The translations under genes and the position numbers were made by a program. Of a DNA stretch of 64,000 nucleotides, positions 19,273 to 28,283 are shown piece after piece. Below the pieces are notes generated by a model. It was not told where the DNA came from. It searched no databases and worked only from the letters and a program-made list of their open reading frames with translations. The DNA lies in the NCBI GenBank assembly GCA_002167285.1, contig NHDG01000062.1:804-64803 (forward strand), in the 5' to 3' direction. The stretch comes from Planctomycetia bacterium TMED53 (lineage in GTDB: Bacteria > Planctomycetota > UBA8108 > UBA1146). The first letter of the stretch is position 1; the number at the start of each line of letters is the position of its first letter.

Positions 19273-19301
19273 TTGACAGTCGCCGACTCAGCACTTAGAC
19301 T
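19273..19301 (+). promoter_or_regulatory. Near-consensus sigma70 promoter
   Basis: TTGACA (19273-78), 17-nt spacer, TAGACT (19296-301). Confidence 0.7.
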
Positions 19302-19307
19302 GCAATC

Positions 19308-19366
19308 CCACCTTTCAGAGCCCATGAGGCGCTCCTGGTATCCTCTACCAGCGGCGCCTCTTTTTT
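19308..19366 (+). ncRNA. Candidate small RNA of about 60 nt
   Basis: Lies between a near-consensus promoter and an intrinsic terminator, with no credible ORF. Confidence 0.5.
19326..19366 (+). terminator. Rho-independent terminator
   Basis: GAGGCGCT-C-CTGGTA / TCCTC loop / TACCAG-C-GGCGCCTC followed by T6. Confidence 0.85.
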
Positions 19367-19421
19367 GTATTTATATTTTTACACTCAATGGTACTGCCGC
19401 TGGGGAGTTGCTACCTCTGGA

Positions 19422-20615
19422 TTACCAGTTTCTGGCTTTTTGGATGAGAGCGTCAAATTGTGCTGAAAGCGCATGATCGGCGAAGTCCAGGGGGCTCTTG
19501 AAGAAGATGGAGCAGTGTTTTTGCAAGCCCACTTCTCCTCTGCTTTGGGCGTGGGCAACGAGACGGGCGAGATCGATCACCAGAGGCGCAGCGAGGATGG
19601 CGTCACAACCTTGCCAAGTAAATTGCATCGTCATGCGGTGGTCAAGAAAGCCACGGAAGTGAATCAAATCCCAAGCAGTTTTGTTGTCGCCGAGACTGGG
19701 GACGTAATCGATTCTGATTTCGCTATGAACATCTTCGCCAAGGATTTGATGAATCAACTCTCCCTTTGAGGCGATTTTGCTCGAGCGATTTTCGGGGTGG
19801 GAGAGGATCTCTCCATCCCGATCTCCGAGCATGTTGTAGCTTTGCCAGGTCATCACTTTAAGAGCGCGTTGGGCAAACATGGGTGCCAATGCGGACTTGA
19901 CCAAAGTTTCGCCAGTTTTCCCATCGCTTCCACAATAGGCACAGTTTGCTTCTTGCAAGATTTGACGAGTGGCTGGAGTCAGGGCAGCTGTGGATGGAGT
20001 GAAGTTAACGAATGATGCTCCTACAGCAGCCGCGGCCAGTGAGTAAAGGGTGCTCGATCGAAAAGCGGATTCTTCGTTTCTTTCGAGAGCAGAGCGTAAC
20101 GACTCCGCCGATTCGTGTGCAAGGTTTGGCGGTAAAGGTGGCTCTGTTGAGGAAAGATTCACGACGACGAGACCACTCAACTGATGTTGGCGTTGGAATT
20201 CTTGCAGGTCAGTGGTGATCTGTCGGAGCGCGTCTTGCGGGGAATCAGGGGTGACTGCCATGGAGTCTTTGTCGAGTGAGTGAATCGCTTCACCTGAATT
20301 GAAGAGGATTCCAGGCTTTATACATTGGTCAATCTCATCGAGATCTTCGCGAACTGCCTCGAGGAGGTGGTGTGGAAGGCTGCCTGAATCGGCTTCAATC
20401 ACTCGCGCGCTCTCGAGGAGAGATCCTCGACGAATTTCATGACCACCCAGCACAAAATCGGAGAGTGGGGGGAGCCCGCAATTGGCAAACTCAGGATGTT
20501 CAGTGATCAAGCCTGTGGCTGTAGAAAGGCCTTTCGCCAGAGCGGAAAGCCCAACACTGACAGTCGTGGAAACTCCGCCACGTGCGCCGACCAGCCATAG
20601 ACCTATCTTGCTCAT
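19422..20615 (-). CDS. ino1: Myo-inositol-1-phosphate synthase
   Basis: GLWLVGARGGV Rossmann start, NLSSTEP, GSDGKTGETLVKS, SYNMLGDRDG, DYVPSLGDNKTAWD, CDAILAAPLVIDL. Confidence 0.9.
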   Translation of the reverse strand: MSKIGLWLVGARGGVSTTVSVGLSALAKGLSTATGLITEHPEFANCGLPPLSDFVLGGHEIRRGSLLESARVIEADSGSLPHHLLEAVREDLDEIDQCIKPGILFNSGEAIHSLDKDSMAVTPDSPQDALRQITTDLQEFQRQHQLSGLVVVNLSSTEPPLPPNLAHESAESLRSALERNEESAFRSSTLYSLAAAAVGASFVNFTPSTAALTPATRQILQEANCAYCGSDGKTGETLVKSALAPMFAQRALKVMTWQSYNMLGDRDGEILSHPENRSSKIASKGELIHQILGEDVHSEIRIDYVPSLGDNKTAWDLIHFRGFLDHRMTMQFTWQGCDAILAAPLVIDLARLVAHAQSRGEVGLQKHCSIFFKSPLDFADHALSAQFDALIQKARNW

Positions 20616-20810
20616 CCCTCAGCCTCTCAATGACAGGAGATCAGTTTTCGGGAAAGTGAGGACTAGGAAGTAAATCATTCAGTCTCAAATGACAAAGCGC
20701 TGATTTACGTTCACTGATCCGGAGTTCAGGGGCAGTAGAAGCAGATATCAGGGGATCAAAGATGCAGTATGCAGGATTACTCAAAGCGGCCTTATCGCAA
20801 TCGAGAGATT

Positions 20811-20858
20811 GGTGACAGTGATGGCCATTTCCTCAGAAGTGGCCATTCCCGCGTCACC
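20811..20858 (-). terminator. Hairpin 3' of rpsU, no U-tract
   Basis: GGTGAC..ATGGCCA / TGGCCAT..GTCACC inverted repeat. Confidence 0.4.
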
Positions 20859-20872
20859 GAATTATTCTCTGA

Positions 20873-21100
20873 CTAGCGGCGACGATGCTTCCGGCGAGTC
20901 TCTTTGATACTGATCTTGCGATCTTTTTTCCGCATCAGCTTTTCGAACTCACGTTGTTTGCGACGCTTTTCTTCTGAAGGCTTCTCGTAAAAACTTCTCT
21001 TTTTAATTTCCTTGAGAAGTCCTTCTTTGGCGACGGTTCTCTTGAAGCGTTGCAGTAACTTTTCGGCGGTTTCCCCGCCTCGCAGTGTCACTCGAATCAA
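20873..21100 (-). CDS. rpsU: 30S ribosomal protein bS21
   Basis: GETAEKLLQRFKR..KEGLLKEIKKRSFYEKPSEEKRRK. TTG start after RBS AGAGG. Confidence 0.93.
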   Translation of the reverse strand: MIRVTLRGGETAEKLLQRFKRTVAKEGLLKEIKKRSFYEKPSEEKRRKQREFEKLMRKKDRKISIKETRRKHRRR

Positions 21101-21229
21101 GTCTGTCCTCTTTCTCTCACCGGGGTGAGAAGCGGGAACTTTCCCGCAGCTGCTCCGGACGAACTCCAGTGCGTCCAGCTCTATCTCCCATCCCGAAAAC
21201 GGTTTTCGAGAATCAGGGGGTAAACAGGA

Positions 21230-21258
21230 ATTGTAGAGGATCTACGATTGTGTGGCAA
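21230..21258 (-). promoter_or_regulatory. Sigma70 promoter for rpsU
   Basis: Minus strand TTGCCA-N17-TACAAT. Confidence 0.7.
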
Positions 21259-21424
21259 GGGAAGCAGGAATTTGGCGATACTGGCATACCATGGAGGAGA
21301 CGATCGCCACTGGACAGGCCTCCAGGGAAGACTCAGGATCCCCCTGGAGAGCGGTCCTCCACAGTTTGTGGGTGGGAAGCTGCATTGTGGATTAGACGAT
21401 TCAGAGGGAAGTAGGAAGGAGAGC

Positions 21425-23209
21425 ATGGTGAAATTGGGTGAGGACGGACCCGATTCGAGGGCAGGAATGGCCCCTGCTTCAGGCTCATCCCAGCAGCCAA
21501 ATCTTCGCTCTCGCCTGGCCTTGGCAGCACTTGCCGGCGCGATGGTCCCTTTGGGATTCGAACCATGGGGAATGGCGTTTTTGATGCCATTCTCTTTCAT
21601 GTTGCTGGCGCTCGTCACTGATCGTTGTGGCTTTCGCAGGTCCCTGTTGGTCGGCTGGTTTTTTGGTCTTGGGATTCAGGGCGCCTCATTGCCATGGATC
21701 GCTTTGGCTGCGAAAAATTATTTGGGAATCTTCGTTCTTGGAGACGCAGATTCGGTGGCCGCATGGCTGGCCGGATTCGGCTTGTTTCTATTGTGGTGGC
21801 CCCTCTCTAGTCTTGGCTGGGGACTTTGCCTTGGCCTCGTCAGCCTCGCTCCGGAAGCGCCGGGAGCGAGACAGCGTATTTGGAAGTGTCTGGGAGTCAT
21901 CATATTTGTCTCTCTCTATGAATCGTATTGGCCGCGTCTTTTCCCATGGTCGATCGGCTCAGGATTGGCGACGACAGAACCGAGTGCTGCCTGGATTCTG
22001 CTGCGCCAGTGGGGCGTTGAAGTGTCGAGCTTGGCCATCGCCGGTTCTGGTTTTCTGGCTGCTCATATCTTTCCTCTCGTCTTCAATCTCTTCGACCGCA
22101 ACAAAAGGGAGATTCAACTGTGGGGTCGGGTTTGGTTGCTGGTTCCATGTCTCACCCTCGCTCTTTTACCGACCCTTCCATTACCGCTGGAAGAATCCAG
22201 GACTGAAGTTGGGAATTTGGAGAGGGACACTGTCGTATCGCTGATTCAACCCGCACTGCCTCTCGAAATGCGTCATGGACAGTTTTTCACCACGATCGAT
22301 CGAGAGCTGCGTCTGCTGATCGGTGAGGCGCAGGATTCTATCGAGGAAGACTCAACCAAAGATGAACTGATCGTGTTACCGGAAGGGGCTCTTCCGGGAG
22401 CGCATGATTTGACCACCATCGGGATGTGGGCGCGGGGGTGGCTGAAGAAGCCACTCCTCACGGGGGTCATGTTTCAGTCCCCAGAGGGATACTCCAATGC
22501 AGTGGCTTTGATCGTTCCTCCAGAAGAAGATTCCACCTCCCGAAATCCAGCGGTCGCTGTCGGGCTCAAGAAGGACTTGGTCCCATTTGGTGAAAGGATC
22601 CCCGGAGAGGCTCTCTTTGAGAAAGTGGGTTGGAAGCCTCCGATCACCACCATGGTGGCAGGGAAGGAGCCGATTCTTTTCGAATCGGACCAGATCGGTG
22701 ACCCTTTCGGGGTTTCGATCTGCTACGAGGGCCTCTTGCCGTGGACAGCCCCGAGTTTGCAAGCGCTGACTGCTCGTTGGCACGTGAATATTACGGAAGA
22801 TCTTTGGTATGGGGATTACGTTGAACCGGCACAGCATCTTCAGCTGCAAAGATCTCGGAGTATCGAATCCGGCTTACCTTTGCTTCGTTGCACCAATGCG
22901 GGGCATACCGTGGTCTTTGATCCCAGAAGTCACGGATCGAGGACATTCATCGCCAGCCGCCGCTGGTTTCCGAATCAAGGGTGGTCGGGGTGGCAGCCTT
23001 GGAGCGCACCTGGGGAAGTGTCTCTGGCTGGGGACATCGGTGTGAGGGGGATTCTTCAGGTTCGCTTACAGGGTGCCCTAGACCTACGAGAGGGGCCCTC
23101 TCTCAGTTGGCCACCGGGGTGGGCCTTGATTCTGGGAGCCCTCTGGCTATTGGCGGGGATATGGAGACGATCCCAAGATATTGGGCGGACCTCTTCGACA
23201 CTTGACTAG
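21425..23209 (+). CDS. lnt: Apolipoprotein N-acyltransferase
   Basis: Multi-TM N-terminus and nitrilase triad VLPEG (E), KKDLVPFGE (K), ICYEG (C), plus RCTNAG. Start moved to the ATG after AAGGAG. Confidence 0.9.
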   Translation: MVKLGEDGPDSRAGMAPASGSSQQPNLRSRLALAALAGAMVPLGFEPWGMAFLMPFSFMLLALVTDRCGFRRSLLVGWFFGLGIQGASLPWIALAAKNYLGIFVLGDADSVAAWLAGFGLFLLWWPLSSLGWGLCLGLVSLAPEAPGARQRIWKCLGVIIFVSLYESYWPRLFPWSIGSGLATTEPSAAWILLRQWGVEVSSLAIAGSGFLAAHIFPLVFNLFDRNKREIQLWGRVWLLVPCLTLALLPTLPLPLEESRTEVGNLERDTVVSLIQPALPLEMRHGQFFTTIDRELRLLIGEAQDSIEEDSTKDELIVLPEGALPGAHDLTTIGMWARGWLKKPLLTGVMFQSPEGYSNAVALIVPPEEDSTSRNPAVAVGLKKDLVPFGERIPGEALFEKVGWKPPITTMVAGKEPILFESDQIGDPFGVSICYEGLLPWTAPSLQALTARWHVNITEDLWYGDYVEPAQHLQLQRSRSIESGLPLLRCTNAGHTVVFDPRSHGSRTFIASRRWFPNQGWSGWQPWSAPGEVSLAGDIGVRGILQVRLQGALDLREGPSLSWPPGWALILGALWLLAGIWRRSQDIGRTSSTLD

Positions 23210-23229
23210 CATAAACAATGCCGTATCAT
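23202..23229 (+). promoter_or_regulatory. Possible sigma70 promoter for rpoN
   Basis: TTGACT-N16-TATCAT at the lnt stop. Confidence 0.45.
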
Positions 23230-23463
23230 CGAGAATTGTCGTAGATTCCCAAATTTTCTTAACTTGCGTCGCTAAAAAAGGCCTAAATTTCGTCAAAATG
23301 GGATCTAGAGCAAGTTTTAGGCCGTTTTTGGTCTAGGGCGCACAATTTTTTCCAGTGACGGATTCATAGGTCGTAATCCTACGTTCATCGAGGACTGAGT
23401 TTCAATCGCCTGTTCGCTGTCACTGATACCGATGAAATGACTCCAAATGAGAGGAGGCTGCCG

Positions 23464-25002
23464 ATGAGACTGGATACCGGACTATTCCAGCAACAGACAC
23501 AAAAGCAGATCCTCTCGCCACAAATGATCCAGTCGATGGAAATCCTCGTTCTCAATCAGCAGCAGTTGGAAGAGCGGATCAACGAAGAGCTGGAGTCGAA
23601 TGTCGCCCTTGAAAAACTGGATCGAGAAGGCTCAGAAACCTCTTCAGGGGGAGAGGATTCGACGGAAGCTTCGACAGAAGCGGCCGCAGATGACGTCGAT
23701 CTATTCGACGATTCCAAAGAGGTCTCTGATCTCGCAGAGTTACGAGATCTCGGCGAAAGGTATGAGCAGCTGCACGAACTGCAGCAAGCAGACTTTTGGG
23801 CAGAATCTTCTCCAGGGCGGAAATCGAGCCTCGCTGGAGGGGAAGACGAATTTGAATGGGTTGATCATGTCGAAGGTCCTGCTGAATCGTTGTCTGAAAA
23901 TCTTCTCGGTCAACTGCGTTTGAAGCCGATCCCAAGCGATCGACAAAGGGCGCTTTGTGAGGAGATCATCTTCAATTTGGACGAGAGAGGTTGGCAGTTA
24001 CACTCCCTCGCCGAAATCGCTCGGGGTATCGCAGAAGGGATCCATTCTTCGGAGAGCGATCCTCGATTGGGAGAGGTCACCCCTTCAGAAGCTGAATGGG
24101 AAGATGCTCTCCATATGGTTCAGAGTTTAGATCCGGCTGGAGTTGGCGCTGAAAATCTGATCGATTGTCTGTGCCTGCAACTCCAACGAGACCCCGGTGA
24201 TAATCAGTTTGAGGAGATGGTCGTTCGATTGCATCTCGATGATTTGGCAAAAAACCGTTTACCCCACATCGCCAAATCGACAGGGCGAAGTATTGAAGAC
24301 GTCAAGTTGGCCATCGAGGTGATTCGTTCATTGGAGCCGAATCCAGGGCGTCATTTCGTTAAGACTGTGAACCCCAGAATCGTCCCGGACATCGTGATCG
24401 AGAGGGATACGGATGGGATCTACAGTGCAGAAGTGGGGGGGCAATCGACTCCGAAGCTACGGATCTCGCCTCACTACAGAGAACTCCTTGAGGGAGCGAA
24501 GAAAGACAAAGAACTGCGAAAGTACCTGCGCAAGCATATTGAAAATGCGGAGTGGTTGATGGGCGCTGTTCAGCAGCGTAACTCAACTTTGCAAAGGGTT
24601 GCGGAGGAGATACTGAAGCGCCAACAGAAGTTTTTCAGTGATGGGGATCGTTATTTGGCTCCGATGCGTATGCAGGATGTCGCTGATGCGATTGGCGTCA
24701 ATGTCTCCACGGTCAGTAGGGCCATTTCGGGGAAGTGGTACCAGTCCCCCGGAATGCTTCGCGAGTTGCGTAGCCTTTTTAGTGGCGGAACTGTGCGGGA
24801 TGACGGTGCTGAAGAATCGCGCGGCGGCATCATCGCTCGGATCAAAGAATTGGTGGGTGCGGAGGATCCTCGCAAACCAATGAGCGATGCCACCATCGTT
24901 AAGGAATTGGAGAAGTCGGGCGTGCGAATTTCCCGCAGAACCGTCACGAAATATCGGGAAGCGGAAGAAATCCCATCTTCCCGGGAGCGCCGTCAGTATT
25001 GA
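23464..25002 (+). CDS. rpoN: RNA polymerase sigma-54 factor
   Basis: Gln-rich region I (QKQILSPQMIQSMEIL), HTH STVSRAISGK, RpoN box SRRTVTKYRE. RBS GAGGAGG. Confidence 0.96.
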   Translation: MRLDTGLFQQQTQKQILSPQMIQSMEILVLNQQQLEERINEELESNVALEKLDREGSETSSGGEDSTEASTEAAADDVDLFDDSKEVSDLAELRDLGERYEQLHELQQADFWAESSPGRKSSLAGGEDEFEWVDHVEGPAESLSENLLGQLRLKPIPSDRQRALCEEIIFNLDERGWQLHSLAEIARGIAEGIHSSESDPRLGEVTPSEAEWEDALHMVQSLDPAGVGAENLIDCLCLQLQRDPGDNQFEEMVVRLHLDDLAKNRLPHIAKSTGRSIEDVKLAIEVIRSLEPNPGRHFVKTVNPRIVPDIVIERDTDGIYSAEVGGQSTPKLRISPHYRELLEGAKKDKELRKYLRKHIENAEWLMGAVQQRNSTLQRVAEEILKRQQKFFSDGDRYLAPMRMQDVADAIGVNVSTVSRAISGKWYQSPGMLRELRSLFSGGTVRDDGAEESRGGIIARIKELVGAEDPRKPMSDATIVKELEKSGVRISRRTVTKYREAEEIPSSRERRQY

Positions 25003-25040
25003 GCCTGATTCGATTCCTTTGATCCCCTAACCGATCACGC

Positions 25041-25068
25041 AGAATCCCACCCTCAGAATCCCACCCTC
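25041..25068. repeat. Perfect 14-nt tandem duplication; G4 pattern on minus strand
   Basis: AGAATCCCACCCTC occurs twice. Minus strand reads GGG-T-GGG-ATTCTGA-GGG-T-GGG. Confidence 0.85.
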
Positions 25069-25150
25069 TAGCAGAAATCTTGCTATGCTGTTGTGATTCG
25101 GTATTCGTTTCCTTGGGGAATTTGAAGCGATCCAGGAGCACGTCGATAGC

Positions 25151-26098
25151 ATGATCGAGATTGAGGAACTTTCACTCTCCTATGGTGACCGCAAGGCACT
25201 GAATGAAATCTCATTGAGTGTCCCACCAGGCGCGGTCACAGGATTTATCGGCGAAAATGGAGCCGGAAAAACCAGTACTTTCAGAGTCTTGACCACTTGG
25301 CTTTTGCCGGATCCTTCAACTCGTAGAGTGATGGTCGATGGCATCGATCTGCTGAGGAATCCTCGGGAAGCTTGTTCAAGAGTCGGGGTCTTGCCAGAGC
25401 AATTGGCATTTCCCGGAGAGTTGAGAGTTCACGAATATTTACGTTATCGAGCAGGTTTGAAGAGGGTCGCCGCCAAAGAGATTTCTGCGGAAACAGCAAG
25501 GGTGTTACAAGCGGTCAACGCCGCTGATATGACCCAGCGACGACTCGATACGCTCTCCCAAGGTTATCGTCAGCGTATAGGGTTGGCAGATGCCCTACTC
25601 GGATCTCCGCCGGTACTATTACTCGATGAACCGACACGTGGACTCGATCCTCGTCAAATCACTCAGTTTCGTCAGCTGATCGATGAGCTTCGTGGGAATC
25701 ACACCTTGCTATTGTCGAGCCATGTTCTCGGTGAAATCGAACAGTTATGCGATCGCATCTGTGTCATTAGCCAGGGGCAGATTCGCTTGGAAGAGGATCG
25801 CCAGGCGTGGACCAAGAGACTTAGCCAGGCTGGGCGCTGGCATTTGGAACTCTCCGAAGAAGTCGATCAGGCAGAGGTCACACGCTGGCTTAAAGATCAA
25901 CCTGAAATCGTTGCGGTACAGAGAAGCGATCACACTTGGAGCTTTAGATCCGATTCTTCCCTAGGAACCCGCATCGGTGAGCATGCTCTCGAATCGAAGT
26001 GGGTGATCAAAGAACTGCGCAGTGAGCCTGCGACTCTTGAATCGCTCTTCCTTGAATGGACTGGGACTGAATCCGCTGACGAGAGGCGGGTTTCTTGA
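25151..26098 (+). CDS. ABC transporter ATP-binding protein (GldA-like)
   Basis: GENGAGKTS, LSQGYRQRIG, LLLDEPT, SSH. Confidence 0.93.
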   Translation: MIEIEELSLSYGDRKALNEISLSVPPGAVTGFIGENGAGKTSTFRVLTTWLLPDPSTRRVMVDGIDLLRNPREACSRVGVLPEQLAFPGELRVHEYLRYRAGLKRVAAKEISAETARVLQAVNAADMTQRRLDTLSQGYRQRIGLADALLGSPPVLLLDEPTRGLDPRQITQFRQLIDELRGNHTLLLSSHVLGEIEQLCDRICVISQGQIRLEEDRQAWTKRLSQAGRWHLELSEEVDQAEVTRWLKDQPEIVAVQRSDHTWSFRSDSSLGTRIGEHALESKWVIKELRSEPATLESLFLEWTGTESADERRVS

Positions 26099-26829
26099 AT
26101 CGCACCATCGGCCTTTTACGTAGGGAGTTACTCTCTACTTTTGTTTCTCCAGTCTCTTGGATCATTCTGGTGCTGTTCCTATTGGTGATGGGCGCCAACA
26201 TGTACCTTTCGGTGCTCGCTGTACAGGGAGATTTACGACAGTTGGTCGTCTCGTCGTATGGCGGCTTAGTTTTCTGGTTCATGTTCTTGGTGATACCTCC
26301 GTTGGTGACGATGCGAAGCCTTGCTGAGGAACAACGCCAGGGAGCGCTGGAAGTACTGATGGTCACTGGAATCTCAGATGGCAGTGTGATCATCGCAAAG
26401 TGGGCCGCCGCTTCGATTTTCTTCCTCACGTTGTGGATTTGCCTTTTGCCGCTCTGGGGTGCTCTTTCATTCGTCTCCCAAGTCGAGGTGGGGATCCTTT
26501 GGACGACGAATCTCGGGGTGCTTTTCATCGGCTCCGCATTTATTGCCAATGGGATTTTGGCTTCAGCGCTGACGGCCCACCCCTTGGCTTCAGCGGGACT
26601 TGCATTCACTTTCAACGTCGCTCTTTTCATGATGCACTTTTTTGCCAATTTGTTTCGCCCTGGAGATATCGAACTGTTGTGGATTGAGCACGTCAGTGCG
26701 ATCCACCACATGGTCGATGAGTTAGCTCGAGGGATCCTCGATCTACGCGTGTTGATTTTCTGGGGAAGCCTTACGGTCTTATCCCTTTTCTTAGCGACAC
26801 GGGTTCTCGAAAAGAGGCGTTGGTCATGA
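26095..26829 (+). CDS. ABC-2 permease (GldF-like)
   Basis: About 6 TM helices, RRELLSTF.SP..W and TMRSLAEE...G.LE.L motifs. Confidence 0.88.
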   Translation: MNRTIGLLRRELLSTFVSPVSWIILVLFLLVMGANMYLSVLAVQGDLRQLVVSSYGGLVFWFMFLVIPPLVTMRSLAEEQRQGALEVLMVTGISDGSVIIAKWAAASIFFLTLWICLLPLWGALSFVSQVEVGILWTTNLGVLFIGSAFIANGILASALTAHPLASAGLAFTFNVALFMMHFFANLFRPGDIELLWIEHVSAIHHMVDELARGILDLRVLIFWGSLTVLSLFLATRVLEKRRWS

Positions 26830-28283
26830 GTGTGATCGCAGAGCGAAAAAAGAAAGCTCGTTTGCATGTGATCGCCCAAGTGATCCTGTCGATTTGGTGC
26901 GTATTTGTCATCAATGCGTGGATCTTTCATACATCGATTCGCAGCGATTGGACTGAGGACGGGGTTCTCACCATTACCGAATCTGATCGTCAATTGGTCG
27001 AAGGCTTACCAGGGAAAATCGAAGTAGTTCTTCCCCTCAACATGAGCCCGGGAATCGAGAATCAGCTCAAGACCAGAATTCTCGTTAAAGCGGCTCGCTG
27101 GCTCGAGGAGCTGAGCCATGTCGATCCCAATAAATTGTCACGCCCTGTGATGATTGAAGTGAATCGAGATGGAGAAAAATGGGAGCGTGAGCGAATTCGC
27201 AGGGTTCCCGTTCTCGAAGAATCGGACGTCGATAAGATTCACTTCTTCTTCGATGATCGGCGCATCTCCGTCGCCCCCGAAGAGCTGGCGTCTTTCCGCT
27301 TCCCAACGGTGCTCGAACCGGAGGGAAATGCAGAGATTCTTCTCGATAAGAGTCGCGAAGGGATTGAGGCGGCACTGAGGAGATTAGTGACCGAGGATTG
27401 GAGCAAGATCTACATCAGCCAAGGGAGCGGAGAGCCCCTCTTGGAAGAAAATCGTCAAAGTTCAATGGCAGCATTGCGCGACGATCTCGAAGCAAGAGGT
27501 GCGATCGTTGAGCCGTTGAGATTAGCGCAGACCGATGTGATTCCCGAGGACGCTGACCTTCTCTTGATCGTCGCCGGCGGAGTGGGCGGTTTCGAGCCAT
27601 TAGGGGCTGCTGTCGTGCGCTCCATCGATCGTTATCTGGAATCGGGGGGTGGTGTTGCGATTCTCCTTCCTGCAACTGGAATCAGTGGCTTGGAAGATTT
27701 GATGGCGAGGGCAGGGATCTCCGTTTCACCGGGATTGATCGCGGAAGAGATTCCTTTGGAGCAGGGGTTTGTGAGACCGGCATTTGTCGCCGTCGGTAGA
27801 GATGTGAATCCAGATCATCCGGCAACGGCTTCTTTTGGCCTTCAGATCATGGATGCACGATTTTCACCTGCCCGTGCTTTGCAAGTCTCTGGTGATGCCG
27901 AAGCGCTTCTCTACACAGGTCCAGGGGCGTGGATTGAACGGGATGGGCAGATGGCTCGCCGCGATCCTGCTGAATCACCCGGTCCGCGCATCGTCGCTGC
28001 AGCAAGTGACGTGGGGTCAGGGCGCCTCGTCGTCGCCGCAAGTTGGACCCCTGTCTTGACCGAGTTTTGGCGAGGCGACAGTCGTCGTTTCTTGCTCTCT
28101 TGTTTCGGCTGGGCCGCCGGTGACTCGTTACCTTTGGGGGCTGGTAGGGAACCGGTATCGCGAAAAGTTGAGCTGTCACCCCAGTTCCGAAACTCCTTCT
28201 TTTGGACCGCTATCTTCGTACTGCCTTCTTGTGCATTCATCGGTGGGTTACTGGTGGCAGCGGTGCGAAGGAGGAAAGCATGA
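26826..28283 (+). CDS. GldG-family ABC auxiliary protein
   Basis: N- and C-terminal TM helices, DWTEDGVLTIT, YISQGSGE, DADLLLIVA...YLESGG. Confidence 0.78.
   Translation: MSVIAERKKKARLHVIAQVILSIWCVFVINAWIFHTSIRSDWTEDGVLTITESDRQLVEGLPGKIEVVLPLNMSPGIENQLKTRILVKAARWLEELSHVDPNKLSRPVMIEVNRDGEKWERERIRRVPVLEESDVDKIHFFFDDRRISVAPEELASFRFPTVLEPEGNAEILLDKSREGIEAALRRLVTEDWSKIYISQGSGEPLLEENRQSSMAALRDDLEARGAIVEPLRLAQTDVIPEDADLLLIVAGGVGGFEPLGAAVVRSIDRYLESGGGVAILLPATGISGLEDLMARAGISVSPGLIAEEIPLEQGFVRPAFVAVGRDVNPDHPATASFGLQIMDARFSPARALQVSGDAEALLYTGPGAWIERDGQMARRDPAESPGPRIVAAASDVGSGRLVVAASWTPVLTEFWRGDSRRFLLSCFGWAAGDSLPLGAGREPVSRKVELSPQFRNSFFWTAIFVLPSCAFIGGLLVAAVRRRKA

Noticed and set aside
21248-21424. N-terminal extension of lnt in the ORF track; likewise long starts for dnaE, tyrS, larE, mrp, plsY and the 44148, 29992 and 32549 ORFs
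   Set aside because: They overlap promoters or neighbouring genes. Better RBS-supported starts lie downstream and match family lengths.
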